A stretch of DNA of 64,000 bases from an uncultured virus (IMG/VR IMGVR_UViG_3300028854_000016) (IMGVR_UViG_3300028854_000016:1-64000); one strand, 5' to 3'; shown: positions 49,758 through 59,366, counted from the first letter of the stretch. Made by a program: numbers and translations. The notes: generated from the letters alone by a model not told the origin.

Positions 49758-51092
49758 ATGAAAATAGATGAAGTTCTTAAAATTGGAAAAATAAAGCCAG
49801 GAGGTTTTCGCAAAATTTCTCCTAAGAGAGTCAATGATGTAATTGGATTTATTCAAAACAATTGTACGGATATTTTATCTACATACAAACAAACAAACAA
49901 ATTACTTTATCGTGGTACAAAAGAATTTAACTTTTTAAGAAGTCCAGAATTTTTTTTAAAAAAATCCTATGATAAAAGAATACCAAAAGATACTATCAAA
50001 AAATATCAAGATCAGTTAGATAGAAAATTAAAAGAAGCTGGATTTGAAGCATTAAGAAGTAACAGTATTTTTACAACTGGACAAGAAAGTACAGCAGATT
50101 CTTATGGAGATAAGTATGCTATATTTCCAATTGATGGATTTTCATATACTTGGGCGGAAGGAGTAGAAGATTTAACTACTAAATATGGGTTGACTGATGA
50201 ACATGAGCACGGAGATTTTAAACACGATTTGGAATTTTCTAAAGCAAAAGATTTTATAAAAGATTATCATTTTAGAAATGATGATTTAAAACAGGCGATA
50301 AAAAATAAAGTAGAAGTTTATATTCATGGAACATTTGTTGCAGTAAAAGCAGAACATGGATTATTTGAAATTATAATGTATGCATTGTTTGAAAATAAAA
50401 TTGCTGAATTGTTTATAAAAGAAAGATTAAAAGTTGATGGAACTTTATTACAATACATAAAAAATCCAACCAAAACAATGATTTTTACAGCATTAAAAAA
50501 ATCAGGAAATGCTATTAAATTTGTAAATAATCCGACGTATGCAATGCAACTGGCTGCTGTTAATAGTTTTGGATGCTCTATACAATACATAGAAAATCCA
50601 AGCGAAGAATTAAAACTGGCTGCGGTTTCTGAGAATCCATATGCTTTAAAATATATAAAAGATCCAAGTTATCAACTTCAAAAAATGGCAATAGAAAACG
50701 ATGGTACTATAATTTATTATATAGAAAGACCAACTGAAGAATTACTAGTAATGGCTGTATCTGACTATCCTTCAATATTTGGAAGTATAGTTAATAAATT
50801 ACCCAAAAATAAAATGTCATTAAAAGTATTACTAGCTGCTGTTAAAGATGTATCAAATCTTAGATTTATAAAAGAAATATTTGGAAGTATACCATTACAA
50901 GTTCAGATGGCAGCAGTAAAACACGATGCTTTTGCAATGCAATGGTTACGCGATGCGTCTAAAGAAGTACAGATAGCAGCAATAAAACAAAATAATACTG
51001 TTGTTCGTAATCTTTCTAATTTTCCATGGTGTACAGAAGCAAGAGATTTGGCATATAAACTATCAGGAATGAAGAAAGTTAACGATAAATAG
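49758..51092 (+). CDS. ADP-ribosyltransferase-like domain fused to 22-aa helical (DUF4116-like) repeats
   Basis: LYRG..RIPKDT..ALRSNSIFTT..IFPIDGF..VEVYIHG, then IQYIENPSEELKLAAV-type repeats. Confidence 0.6.
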   Translation: MKIDEVLKIGKIKPGGFRKISPKRVNDVIGFIQNNCTDILSTYKQTNKLLYRGTKEFNFLRSPEFFLKKSYDKRIPKDTIKKYQDQLDRKLKEAGFEALRSNSIFTTGQESTADSYGDKYAIFPIDGFSYTWAEGVEDLTTKYGLTDEHEHGDFKHDLEFSKAKDFIKDYHFRNDDLKQAIKNKVEVYIHGTFVAVKAEHGLFEIIMYALFENKIAELFIKERLKVDGTLLQYIKNPTKTMIFTALKKSGNAIKFVNNPTYAMQLAAVNSFGCSIQYIENPSEELKLAAVSENPYALKYIKDPSYQLQKMAIENDGTIIYYIERPTEELLVMAVSDYPSIFGSIVNKLPKNKMSLKVLLAAVKDVSNLRFIKEIFGSIPLQVQMAAVKHDAFAMQWLRDASKEVQIAAIKQNNTVVRNLSNFPWCTEARDLAYKLSGMKKVNDK

Positions 51093-51096
51093 ATAT

Positions 51097-51321
51097 ATGC
51101 CGTCAAAACTTACAACTGAACAATTTATAAAAAAAGCTAAAATAAAGCATTCTAATATTTTTGACTATTCAAAATCAGTATATATTGATTCTAGAACAAA
51201 GATAGAAATTATTTGCCCAATGCATGGTTCATTTTGGCAAGTAGCTCGCGCTCATTTATTTGGAAAAGGTTGTTATAAATGTAATGGAAAAGAATTATTG
51301 AATTCACAAGCAAAATATTAA
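51097..51321 (+). CDS. small zinc-binding protein, N-terminal module of an endonuclease family (possible remnant)
   Basis: TTEQFIKKA..FDYSKSVY..IICPMHGSF..HLFGKGCYKC. Confidence 0.6.
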   Translation: MPSKLTTEQFIKKAKIKHSNIFDYSKSVYIDSRTKIEIICPMHGSFWQVARAHLFGKGCYKCNGKELLNSQAKY

Positions 51322-51325
51322 TATA

Positions 51326-52897
51326 ATGAAAAATCAAGCGGATTACTCATTAATTAAAAAACCACACAGACCAATGGCTTTTACAACGGATCAGTTGAAG
51401 GAGTTCGCAAAATGTGCTGACCCAATAACTGGTCCTGCTTATTTTTTAAATAATTATTTTTGGACGCAACATCCAACAAAAGGAAAGTTACAATATCATC
51501 CATATGATTATCAAGAAAATATGCTTAATGTTATGCATAATAATAGAAAAAGTGTTTTATTATGCGGCAGACAATTAGGAAAAACTATTACTGCTGCTGG
51601 ATATTTATTATGGTGTGCATCTTTCACTTCAGATTTAACGGTTATGATAGCAGCCCACAAATTTTCATTTGCTACTGAAGTTATGGTTAGAATTAAATAT
51701 GCTTATGAATCAATACCAGATTTTTTACGAGCAGGAGTAGTAGAATATAATAAACAGTCAATAACATTCGATAATGGTTCAAGAATAATATCTCAAACTA
51801 CTACACCCACTACTGGTAGAGGATTCTCAGTTGGATTATTCTTTGTTGATGAATTTTCTTATGTAGCTCCGTCTATTCAAGAAGCATTTTATACATCAAT
51901 TTCTCCAACATTGTCAACTGGTGGTAAAATTATTATTTCTTCGACGCCGCAAAGTAATGAGGACAAATTTGCTAATATATGGAATGAAGCTAATAAAACT
52001 GTTGATGCAAATGGAGATACTATTGCTGGAGAAGTTGGAATTAATGGATTTAAAGCATTTAAAGCGTTATGGTATGAACACCCAGAAAGAGATGAAAAGT
52101 GGGAAGCAGAAGCAAGAGCTGACTTAGGCCCTGAAAAATTTTTGAGAGAGCATCTTTGTGAATTTATTATTGATGAAGAAACATTGATTAATCCTTTCAA
52201 ATTAAATCAACTACAAGGGATAGAACCAATAGAAAAACAAGGCCAAATAAGATGGTATGGAAGACCTATAAAAGATAATACTTATTTAGTAGCTCTTGAT
52301 CCTAGTTTTGGAACTGGGGGAGACCCAGCAGCCATTCAAGTTATAGAATGTGAAACATTGAAACAAATTGCTGAATGGACACATAATAAAACAGTTATTG
52401 AAAAGCAAGTAGATTTATTAAAAGAAATAACTACTCAATTGGTCAATGTTACGCCAAACGATAAAGTTTTTTGGAGTGTAGAAAATAATAATTTAGGAGA
52501 AGCAGTTCTTGTAACTATTAGAAATATTGGGGAAGAAAATATTCCAGGAATATTTTTATCAGAGCCAGTAAAACTTGGTCAATCAAGAAAATTTAGAAAA
52601 GGATTTTGCACAACTAACTCTAGTAAATTAACTGCTTGCGCAAAATTAAAGAAATTAATTGAAAGTGATAAATTAAAAATATATAGTAAAAAATTAATAA
52701 GTGAATTAAAAACGTTTATCGCTGTTGAAAATACATACAAAGCAAAAACTGGCGAAACTGATGATTTGGTTACATCAATGTTAACTAATATAAGAATGCT
52801 AACTTTAATTCAAACCTATATTCCTAATTTAGATGAAGAAAAAGAAGAATCGGATGAAGATATTCCATTGCCATTTTTTGTTGAGCACTATTGGTAA
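51326..52897 (+). CDS. terminase large subunit (T4 gp17-like)
   Basis: GRQLGKT Walker A, FFVDEF Walker B, SSTP, ALDPSFG, DDLVTS. Confidence 0.95.
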   Translation: MKNQADYSLIKKPHRPMAFTTDQLKEFAKCADPITGPAYFLNNYFWTQHPTKGKLQYHPYDYQENMLNVMHNNRKSVLLCGRQLGKTITAAGYLLWCASFTSDLTVMIAAHKFSFATEVMVRIKYAYESIPDFLRAGVVEYNKQSITFDNGSRIISQTTTPTTGRGFSVGLFFVDEFSYVAPSIQEAFYTSISPTLSTGGKIIISSTPQSNEDKFANIWNEANKTVDANGDTIAGEVGINGFKAFKALWYEHPERDEKWEAEARADLGPEKFLREHLCEFIIDEETLINPFKLNQLQGIEPIEKQGQIRWYGRPIKDNTYLVALDPSFGTGGDPAAIQVIECETLKQIAEWTHNKTVIEKQVDLLKEITTQLVNVTPNDKVFWSVENNNLGEAVLVTIRNIGEENIPGIFLSEPVKLGQSRKFRKGFCTTNSSKLTACAKLKKLIESDKLKIYSKKLISELKTFIAVENTYKAKTGETDDLVTSMLTNIRMLTLIQTYIPNLDEEKEESDEDIPLPFFVEHYW

Positions 52898-52927
52898 AAA
52901 GAATAAATACAATAGAGGAATTATAAT

Positions 52928-54508
52928 ATGCTAAAAGAAAATACCAGTTCATATGTATTTGAATTTTTAAAATCCCGCTTTGAATTGGGAGAAGCAGTCG
53001 ATGAAAATGGCAATTCTACTACAACTCCAGAAGATATGCGAGTTTTTTCTTTTGATTTTAAGAATAAAAAAGGAGAAGACCTTGGTTGTGTAGTTTGTAG
53101 TCTGGTTGATGATAGCGAGTCCTCAAATTCTTTAAAAATTTATTTTGGAGATGAATTAGCAAATGTTGATGCTGAATATCAAAAAGAGTGGTTGGATTTT
53201 CTTAAAAGCATTAGACAATTTGCCAAAATACATATGCTTGGTTTTGATATAAGAAATATTAATAAATCAACTATTACTAGAAGAGATGTTGACCCAATGT
53301 TTGAAAGTTCTTTTGGACCGATTGATGGCACAGTGAGAACTAGCCGCCAGCCATTGGAAAATATGCAAATAATTATTAAACATACTGCAAATGTTGATCC
53401 TAAAATTAAAAATTCAAGAAGTAGAAAAATTCAAAAGATATATCTTGCTAATAATCAAGGAGAAAAGTTTTTACTTCCATTCAAGAGTTTAATGGCTGCA
53501 AGAGCAATGGCTCGTCATATATATGCTGGTGGGACCCCATATGATGCAGTTGGTTCTGATATTTGTAGTTTAGTTGAAGAAATGGTTTCTCTAAGCAAAT
53601 TCGTTAGAAAAATGAAATCAAATACTTATGAAAATCCAGAAGCCATTAATGCAATTAATTCATCTATAGAAAGAATTCATGATATTAAACGCCAATTATC
53701 TAGTTTAAGTTCTCAAGGTGGTTATGATAAAAATAAACCATCTTTGACTGGAAATATGGGAAAATTAGAAGAAGATGAAGATATGCCTGATTTGTTTAAT
53801 AATGAATCTCTAGATGACGAAAATAAAATGGCACTTCCTCATGTTATGAGAGCATATAGAAATAGAAAAACTCCAACAGAGACTGGTGAGTTTGAACAAT
53901 GGGCAAATTCAGTTTCAACTGGCGAACCAGAACCAGGTGAAGAAATTTTGACAGATGAAGAGCAGAAAATATGTGGCACTTGCCCAAACACTATAGAAGG
54001 TAATGGTTTTGATGATTCAGGATTGTGTCAAGATTGTTACAAATACAGTAGAAATCAAGAAGAATCTGATAGATATTGGGAACATAATAATTCATTGGAT
54101 GAATCAGAAACATGGCAAGATAAATTGACTCAATGGGTAAATAGCAGTTTGGTTGATCCAAAATTAGAAGCAATTATAAAAGAAAGAGTCCCAACATTAT
54201 ATGCTCGTCTGGAAGATTTGAGACATGGCCGGGCAGCAGAAAAAATAACTAATAATGAAAAAATAAGAATAGAAAAAGCATTGAGAGCCATGTCTAAATT
54301 GACAGAAGCTGATATGCCATCGTCTGCTGGTTCTGGCTCTCCTTTATCATATCCAAATTTAAAACCAATGGACGATTTTCACTCACCCAAAGAAATTAAA
54401 AAATTGAAAAATACAATCGGTAAAGAAAGTCCACTTTCACTTATTTCAAGCAAAGAGAAATTAGAAGAAAGTGAATTAAATGATATTATTCGATTAAGCG
54501 GAAGATAA
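52928..54508 (+). CDS. hypothetical structural/head protein with modular C-terminal half
   Basis: RSRKIQKIYLANNQGEKF..ARAMARH core; zinc module shared with 45514; ends NDIIRLSGR. Confidence 0.7.
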   Translation: MLKENTSSYVFEFLKSRFELGEAVDENGNSTTTPEDMRVFSFDFKNKKGEDLGCVVCSLVDDSESSNSLKIYFGDELANVDAEYQKEWLDFLKSIRQFAKIHMLGFDIRNINKSTITRRDVDPMFESSFGPIDGTVRTSRQPLENMQIIIKHTANVDPKIKNSRSRKIQKIYLANNQGEKFLLPFKSLMAARAMARHIYAGGTPYDAVGSDICSLVEEMVSLSKFVRKMKSNTYENPEAINAINSSIERIHDIKRQLSSLSSQGGYDKNKPSLTGNMGKLEEDEDMPDLFNNESLDDENKMALPHVMRAYRNRKTPTETGEFEQWANSVSTGEPEPGEEILTDEEQKICGTCPNTIEGNGFDDSGLCQDCYKYSRNQEESDRYWEHNNSLDESETWQDKLTQWVNSSLVDPKLEAIIKERVPTLYARLEDLRHGRAAEKITNNEKIRIEKALRAMSKLTEADMPSSAGSGSPLSYPNLKPMDDFHSPKEIKKLKNTIGKESPLSLISSKEKLEESELNDIIRLSGR

Positions 54509-54602
54509 AATAAAATTAAAAGAAGGTCGGACAAAGTACAAATAGTATCTATTAAATATTACTGAATATCCAAAATAATTTCATAATTACTGTAGAAAAA
54601 AC

Positions 54603-54631
54603 TTGACATGAGGATAAATACAATGTTACTA
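54603..54631 (+). promoter_or_regulatory. sigma70-type promoter with embedded late ATAAATA motif
   Basis: TTGACA-tgaggataaatacaatgt-TACTAT. Confidence 0.5.
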
Positions 54632-54696
54632 TATAAATAGTAACAAACATGGTTGATACAAAATATAAATTAAATTATGGTATATGGAGAAATGAC

Positions 54697-55674
54697 ATGG
54701 GAAACACATTAGCAGATATTCGCAAACGTCTTGCAGAAGCAGAAAAAAATAACAATCAACAATTTGATAATTCAAACTATGCTTTTTGGAATGCTCCAAA
54801 TGGTTCAACAGCAGAAGTTCGTTTTGTCCCAGATGGCGATCCAACTAACACTTTCTTTTGGGTTGAAAAACTTCAGATTAAACTTCCATTTAATGGAATT
54901 AAAAATGGCGAATCAAAGCCAATTTATGTAAATGTTCCTTGTGTTGAAATGTTCGGGCGCACTGAATATCCACAAGGTTGCCCAATTTTAAGTGAAGTTC
55001 GTGCATGGTATAAAGAAAAAGACCCTGCTTCAACTGAATTGGCAAACAAGTATTGGAAGAAACCAACATTCATTATGCACGGATTTGTTCGTGTAAATCC
55101 AGTAGCAGATGATAAAGCACCTGAAAATCCAATTCGCAAATTTTCGTTCAATAAACAGTTGTTCAATATTATTAAAGCTGGTCTGATGGATAAAGATATG
55201 GAAAATATTCCATCTGATTATTCAACTGGGACTGATTTTAAAATCCTAAAGACAGCAAAAGGTCAATATGCAGATTATGGAACAAGTTCATATTCTCGCA
55301 GAGAATCAGCATTGACTCCTGTAGAATTGGCTGCAATTGAAACTTATAAACTAAACAACTTATCTGATTATTTGGGTAAGAAGCCAACAGCAGAGGACTT
55401 GGAAGTTATCAAAGAAATGTTTGAAGCTTCAGTTAATGGCGAGGCTTATGATGAAGAAAAGTGGGGCAAATTTTATCGTCCTGTTAATTTCAAAGTCAAT
55501 GAAACTTCAACTTCTGCGGAAACTAGTGAACCAGTTGAAGCTAACTCAGTTGTTAGTGAGAAATCAACTCCAGTAGAAGATGCTCCTCCAGCAGTTCCAG
55601 CAACCACTGGAAAAAATAATGCTGCTGATATTTTGGCTGCAATTAGACGCAAAAAATCAGAAACACCCAAGTAA
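54697..55674 (+). CDS. single-stranded DNA binding protein (T4 gp32-like)
   Basis: VRFVPDGD, VPCVEMF..CPIL, KYWKK, DFKILKT..YADY.TS; upstream of uvsX. Confidence 0.88.
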   Translation: MGNTLADIRKRLAEAEKNNNQQFDNSNYAFWNAPNGSTAEVRFVPDGDPTNTFFWVEKLQIKLPFNGIKNGESKPIYVNVPCVEMFGRTEYPQGCPILSEVRAWYKEKDPASTELANKYWKKPTFIMHGFVRVNPVADDKAPENPIRKFSFNKQLFNIIKAGLMDKDMENIPSDYSTGTDFKILKTAKGQYADYGTSSYSRRESALTPVELAAIETYKLNNLSDYLGKKPTAEDLEVIKEMFEASVNGEAYDEEKWGKFYRPVNFKVNETSTSAETSEPVEANSVVSEKSTPVEDAPPAVPATTGKNNAADILAAIRRKKSETPK

Positions 55675-55687
55675 ATTGGAGAATAAT

Positions 55688-55721
55688 ACGAAAGCCAGTG
55701 TATAAAATCATTGGCTTTCGT
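55688..55721 (+). terminator. intrinsic terminator
   Basis: acgaaagccagtg...cattggctttcgt. Confidence 0.6.
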
Positions 55722-55761
55722 TCTGTTTTATAATAAATTACAATTTTTATAGGAGTTCATC

Positions 55762-56694
55762 ATGGCAAAGCCTTTTGATGTAAGTCGTTTTAGGAAAAGC
55801 ATAACCAAATCAATAGAAGGCATGAGCATTGGTTTTCGTGATCCAAAGATTTGGATTTCAACTGGAAACTATTGTCTTAATTATTTAATTAGTGGAAGAT
55901 TTGATACAGGCATCCCGTTGGGAAAAATTACAGTATTTGCAGGCGCTCCAGGAGCAGGAAAATCATTAATTGTATCTGGAAATATTATAAAAGATGCACA
56001 AGAACAGGGAATTTATGTAATTTTAATTGATAGTGAAAATGCTCTTGATGAAGATTGGTTGAAAGCATTGGGAGTTGATACAAGCGAAGATAAGTTACTG
56101 AAATTAAATATGGCAATGATTAATGATGTTGCTAAAATGATCAGTGATTTTGTTAAGCAATATAAATTGATTCCAGTTGATGAACGACAAAAAGTATTAT
56201 TTGTGGTTGATTCTTTGGGTATGCTTTTAACTCCTACTATGGTAAATCAAATGGAAGCAGGATCTATGAAAGGAGATATGGGAATTAAAGCCAAACAGCT
56301 AAAAGCAATGATTATTAATTGCGTTAATATGTTTGGTGATCTCGATATAGGAATGGTGGCAACAAATCATATCTATTCTTCTCAAGATCAATATTCAGAT
56401 GATATAATTTCAGGCGGGTGTTTAACAAATGATCATAAAATACAGTTAGTTAACGATGAGTTAAAATTAATTGGAGATATTAAAGTTGGTGATATTGTTA
56501 AAACTTTGGATGGCGATAAAGAAGTTACAGAAACTTATAATTATCTTGATAAAGAAGTGTTTGAATTACAACTAGAGGATGGGCAAATTATTAAAGCTAC
56601 TTCGGAACATAAATTTTTAGTAGAATCTGATGATGGTTATATTTGGAAAAAAGTAGCAGATTTAAATGAAGAAGATGAAATCTTATCCCTTTAA
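55762..56694 (+). CDS. uvsX: UvsX/RecA recombinase N-extein plus split intein N-fragment
   Basis: GAPGAGKS Walker A, IDSENA, VVDSLG; ISGG then CLTNDHKI..IKATSEHKF and stop. Confidence 0.9.
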   Translation: MAKPFDVSRFRKSITKSIEGMSIGFRDPKIWISTGNYCLNYLISGRFDTGIPLGKITVFAGAPGAGKSLIVSGNIIKDAQEQGIYVILIDSENALDEDWLKALGVDTSEDKLLKLNMAMINDVAKMISDFVKQYKLIPVDERQKVLFVVDSLGMLLTPTMVNQMEAGSMKGDMGIKAKQLKAMIINCVNMFGDLDIGMVATNHIYSSQDQYSDDIISGGCLTNDHKIQLVNDELKLIGDIKVGDIVKTLDGDKEVTETYNYLDKEVFELQLEDGQIIKATSEHKFLVESDDGYIWKKVADLNEEDEILSL

Positions 56695-56972
56695 TCCTGA
56701 TCCTCCACTAATATTATCATAAATAAGAGCAAAAAATATATGGAATGAAGATAATGAGAGAATAGAAGCAATAAAACGTCTTAGAAATTTTAAAGTATTC
56801 ATTGTTTGGGAAAGTGAAGCGAAATTAATGATAACTAAAATTAAAGAGGAAATTAAAAATGAAATCAATAAAAATTAAATCAAAGCAATGTATTGGAATT
56901 AAGCCAGTTTACGATATTCAAGTAAAAGATGCTCATCATTATATATTAGAAAATGGAGTAATAAGTCATAAT
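56419..56972 (+). mobile_element. naturally split intein (IntN 56419-56691, 91 aa; IntC 56859-56972, 38 aa)
   Basis: Cys1, block B TSEH, IntC VYDIQV..HHYILENGVISHN followed by Ser. Confidence 0.9.
56675..56878 (+). pseudogene. collapsed Vsr-like endonuclease relic between the split intein halves
   Basis: single frame MKSYPFNPDPPLILS*IRAKNIWNEDNERIEAIKRLRNFKVFIVWESEAK... Confidence 0.7.
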
Positions 56973-57389
56973 AGTGGTTTTCTCTTTGCCAGCAGTATTA
57001 TTGTATCAATGGATGTTTTTAAGTTAAAACAAGATGAAGAAGGAAACAAAACTAAAGAAGTTGCTGGAATTAGATCAAAATGTAAAGTGGTAAAATCCCG
57101 TTATAATAAACCGTTTGAATCAGTGGAAATTCACATCCCGTATGCTTCAGGAATGGACCCATATTCAGGATTGTTCGATTTATTTTTTGAAAAACAGCAT
57201 TTACTTACTAAAGCTGGCAATAGATATGTTTATACTGACTTAACTGGAGTAGAGCATTCACATTGGAAGAAAGATTATCTAACAAATAAAGATCAAATTC
57301 TTGATTTGATAATGAAAGAATTTGATCCAGAAAAAGTAAATATGACTAGTACTGTGGAAGATATTTCAGAAGAAACAGAAGAAGAATAA
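56859..57389 (+). CDS. uvsX: split intein C-fragment plus UvsX/RecA C-extein
   Basis: ISHN then SGFLFASSIIV..GIRSKCKVVKSRY.KPFE..GMDPYSGL. Confidence 0.9.
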   Translation: MKSIKIKSKQCIGIKPVYDIQVKDAHHYILENGVISHNSGFLFASSIIVSMDVFKLKQDEEGNKTKEVAGIRSKCKVVKSRYNKPFESVEIHIPYASGMDPYSGLFDLFFEKQHLLTKAGNRYVYTDLTGVEHSHWKKDYLTNKDQILDLIMKEFDPEKVNMTSTVEDISEETEEE

Positions 57390-57459
57390 TTCTACTTTGA
57401 ATAAATAACGGGTGAAGGAAACTTCACCCTATTAAATAATGTGCAAAAGGAAAGAAAAA

Positions 57460-57705
57460 ATGACCAAAGAAACTCCTGAACTTATCGCTGAATGCTGGTT
57501 GCTTTTAGTGGAATACATCCCACGCAGAGATCATATTCCAGCCGCTGAACAATTATTGACATATTTAGAGTCTGTGTTGGACAAAGAAGAATTGGCAGAA
57601 ATTGCAGATTTGGATGCTGATTTATCTAAAGCATACGATGTTATTTCAGAAGAAAATTCAGATGAATATGATGATGATTTTGATGATACTGAAGAGGATG
57701 AGTAA
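57460..57705 (+). CDS. small acidic hypothetical protein
   Basis: ORF between uvsX and uvsY, overlaps the next start. Confidence 0.65.
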   Translation: MTKETPELIAECWLLLVEYIPRRDHIPAAEQLLTYLESVLDKEELAEIADLDADLSKAYDVISEENSDEYDDDFDDTEEDE

Positions 57706-58163
57706 TGTGGTATAACAAAATAGTTTCCAATATTTCACTAATTCCTGATATGATATCATATTATGAAGGTGAATTATTGGAAGCTAAAAAAGAAGTTAGT
57801 ATATATGGAAACTTAGAAAAGAATTTGGCTTGTCTTCCTGGTCAAACTGAATTTAGATTTTATCAACTTCAGGAAATTGAAGCTATCCTAAATTATCTCA
57901 ACATAGAATTAAGAAAGATTCAACAAAAATATTTCAAACAATATTCAGAATCATACAATAAAGCATTGACAAGTAGGGAATCTGAGAAGTATGCATCAGG
58001 AGAACAGGATGTTTGTGATTTTGAAATGATCATTAATGATGTTGCATTGGTAAGAAATAAATATTTGGGAATCCTTAAAGGCCTTGAATCTAAAGGATTT
58101 CAATTGAGTAGTATTACAAAGATTAGATGCGCTGGAATGGAAGATGTAACAATATCAAAATAA
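57705..58163 (+). CDS. uvsY: recombination mediator UvsY-like
   Basis: ALTSRESEKY, RNKYLGILKGLESKGFQL..IRCAGMED; downstream of uvsX. Confidence 0.8.
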   Translation: MWYNKIVSNISLIPDMISYYEGELLEAKKEVSIYGNLEKNLACLPGQTEFRFYQLQEIEAILNYLNIELRKIQQKYFKQYSESYNKALTSRESEKYASGEQDVCDFEMIINDVALVRNKYLGILKGLESKGFQLSSITKIRCAGMEDVTISK

Positions 58164-58189
58164 AAGCCACTCAAATTGAGTGGCTTTTA
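58161..58189. terminator. bidirectional intrinsic terminator
   Basis: taaaagccactc-aaatt-gagtggctttta between convergent genes. Confidence 0.8.
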
Positions 58190-58501
58190 TTTTGTTAATC
58201 TAAATTGAATCCATTTAATATATAATTTTTTCAGTGTTCGATTGATAGCATATATTTCTTTACGATCTGGCAAAACATTAAATGGTTCCCAAAAATGTGT
58301 TGTATATAACTCTCTTAAAATTTCCTTAGTATGATATAAATCATCACCTAAATTTATTAAATTTTGTGTATAACTATTTGGCTTTTCGCCAAAATAACAA
58401 GTTCCGACTAAGATGGTAGTATACTCATAGATTTTTGAAGAACATAAATCTAGTTCATTCATTACTTTGATTGTATCTTTTTTACTTAATATTCTCCACA
58501 C
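58187..58501 (-). CDS. small hypothetical early protein
   Basis: part of a tightly packed minus-strand operon; ends FRLTK. Confidence 0.6.
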   Translation of the reverse strand: MWRILSKKDTIKVMNELDLCSSKIYEYTTILVGTCYFGEKPNSYTQNLINLGDDLYHTKEILRELYTTHFWEPFNVLPDRKEIYAINRTLKKLYIKWIQFRLTK

Positions 58502-58502
58502 A

Positions 58503-58796
58503 TCAACTCTCCAGTTTGATAATTAACGCTAGATTATAGTTAGCTCTCAATAATTCATTTATTTCATAAAGTTTATTGCTACTTACATTGGAATCCGCTG
58601 GTATAAGTTTTTCAATTTCATCTATACGCGCATCGAACACTCTAATGTTTTCATTTTCTTCTATATCCATAGAATCCATGTCAAATCTTGAAATATAATT
58701 AAGAAATATATCAATCATTTCGTTACGAATTGGATCATAATCTTTGGCTTTTTTAATCTTCCACATATTTTCTTGCGATGCAATGATCTGGTTCAT
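58503..58796 (-). CDS. small hypothetical early protein
   Basis: operon member; ends LIIKLES. Confidence 0.65.
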   Translation of the reverse strand: MNQIIASQENMWKIKKAKDYDPIRNEMIDIFLNYISRFDMDSMDIEENENIRVFDARIDEIEKLIPADSNVSSNKLYEINELLRANYNLALIIKLES

Positions 58797-59062
58797 TGAG
58801 ATAATTTCTCCGCGACCCTATTTTGTACAACTGTCCATCCAAGCTTCCAAGCATGTTTTTCATTTTTGTGGCTGGCAGAAATTTCTTGATTATTAATAGA
58901 AACTACCCAAAGAATAATACTCTGTCCAATATTATCGTATGTATATCCTCTTTGCTGCTTATATTTTTTTTCAGGTCTGAAGTAAAAACGAATAGGCAAA
59001 GATATTGCACGAATGTATGCATCAGGATAAATGTTTAATATTTTTTGTTTATATGATTTCAT
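58793..59062 (-). CDS. small hypothetical early protein
   Basis: operon member; ends VAEKLSQ. Confidence 0.65.
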   Translation of the reverse strand: MKSYKQKILNIYPDAYIRAISLPIRFYFRPEKKYKQQRGYTYDNIGQSIILWVVSINNQEISASHKNEKHAWKLGWTVVQNRVAEKLSQ

Positions 59063-59139
59063 TCGCTCATCTTTCTAAGTATTTGTTAAATTCTTTTCCA
59101 AGCATTCTTCCATGCTGAACTGTAAAATATAGATGGCAT
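59059..59139 (-). pseudogene. 27-codon gene relic
   Basis: MPSIFYSSAWKNAWKRI*QILRKMSE*, coupled by TAATG and ATGA overlaps; resembles the C-terminus of 58793-59062. Confidence 0.5.
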
Positions 59140-59366
59140 TAGCTTGCCAACTTTCTAATAAGTAGTTCGTTTTTCAATACTTGTAGTTCTGCCATCACTT
59201 TGCTTTCATTATTGCGAATAAAAGAATCTCTAATACAATAAAAATGGAAGTTGGTAAATATAGTAAACTTTTTATCTTCTGGTGAAAATGGATACGATAA
59301 TTTTTTTACTATGTCTTTATATATTCTTTCAATATCATTGATTTCTTTCATTAATTCATTTTTCAT
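59139..59366 (-). CDS. small hypothetical early protein
   Basis: ends LLIRKLAS. Confidence 0.65.
   Translation of the reverse strand: MKNELMKEINDIERIYKDIVKKLSYPFSPEDKKFTIFTNFHFYCIRDSFIRNNESKVMAELQVLKNELLIRKLAS

Noticed and set aside
51326..52897. Intein or intron in the large terminase
   Set aside because: 523-aa continuous ORF with normal motif spacing and no splicing motifs
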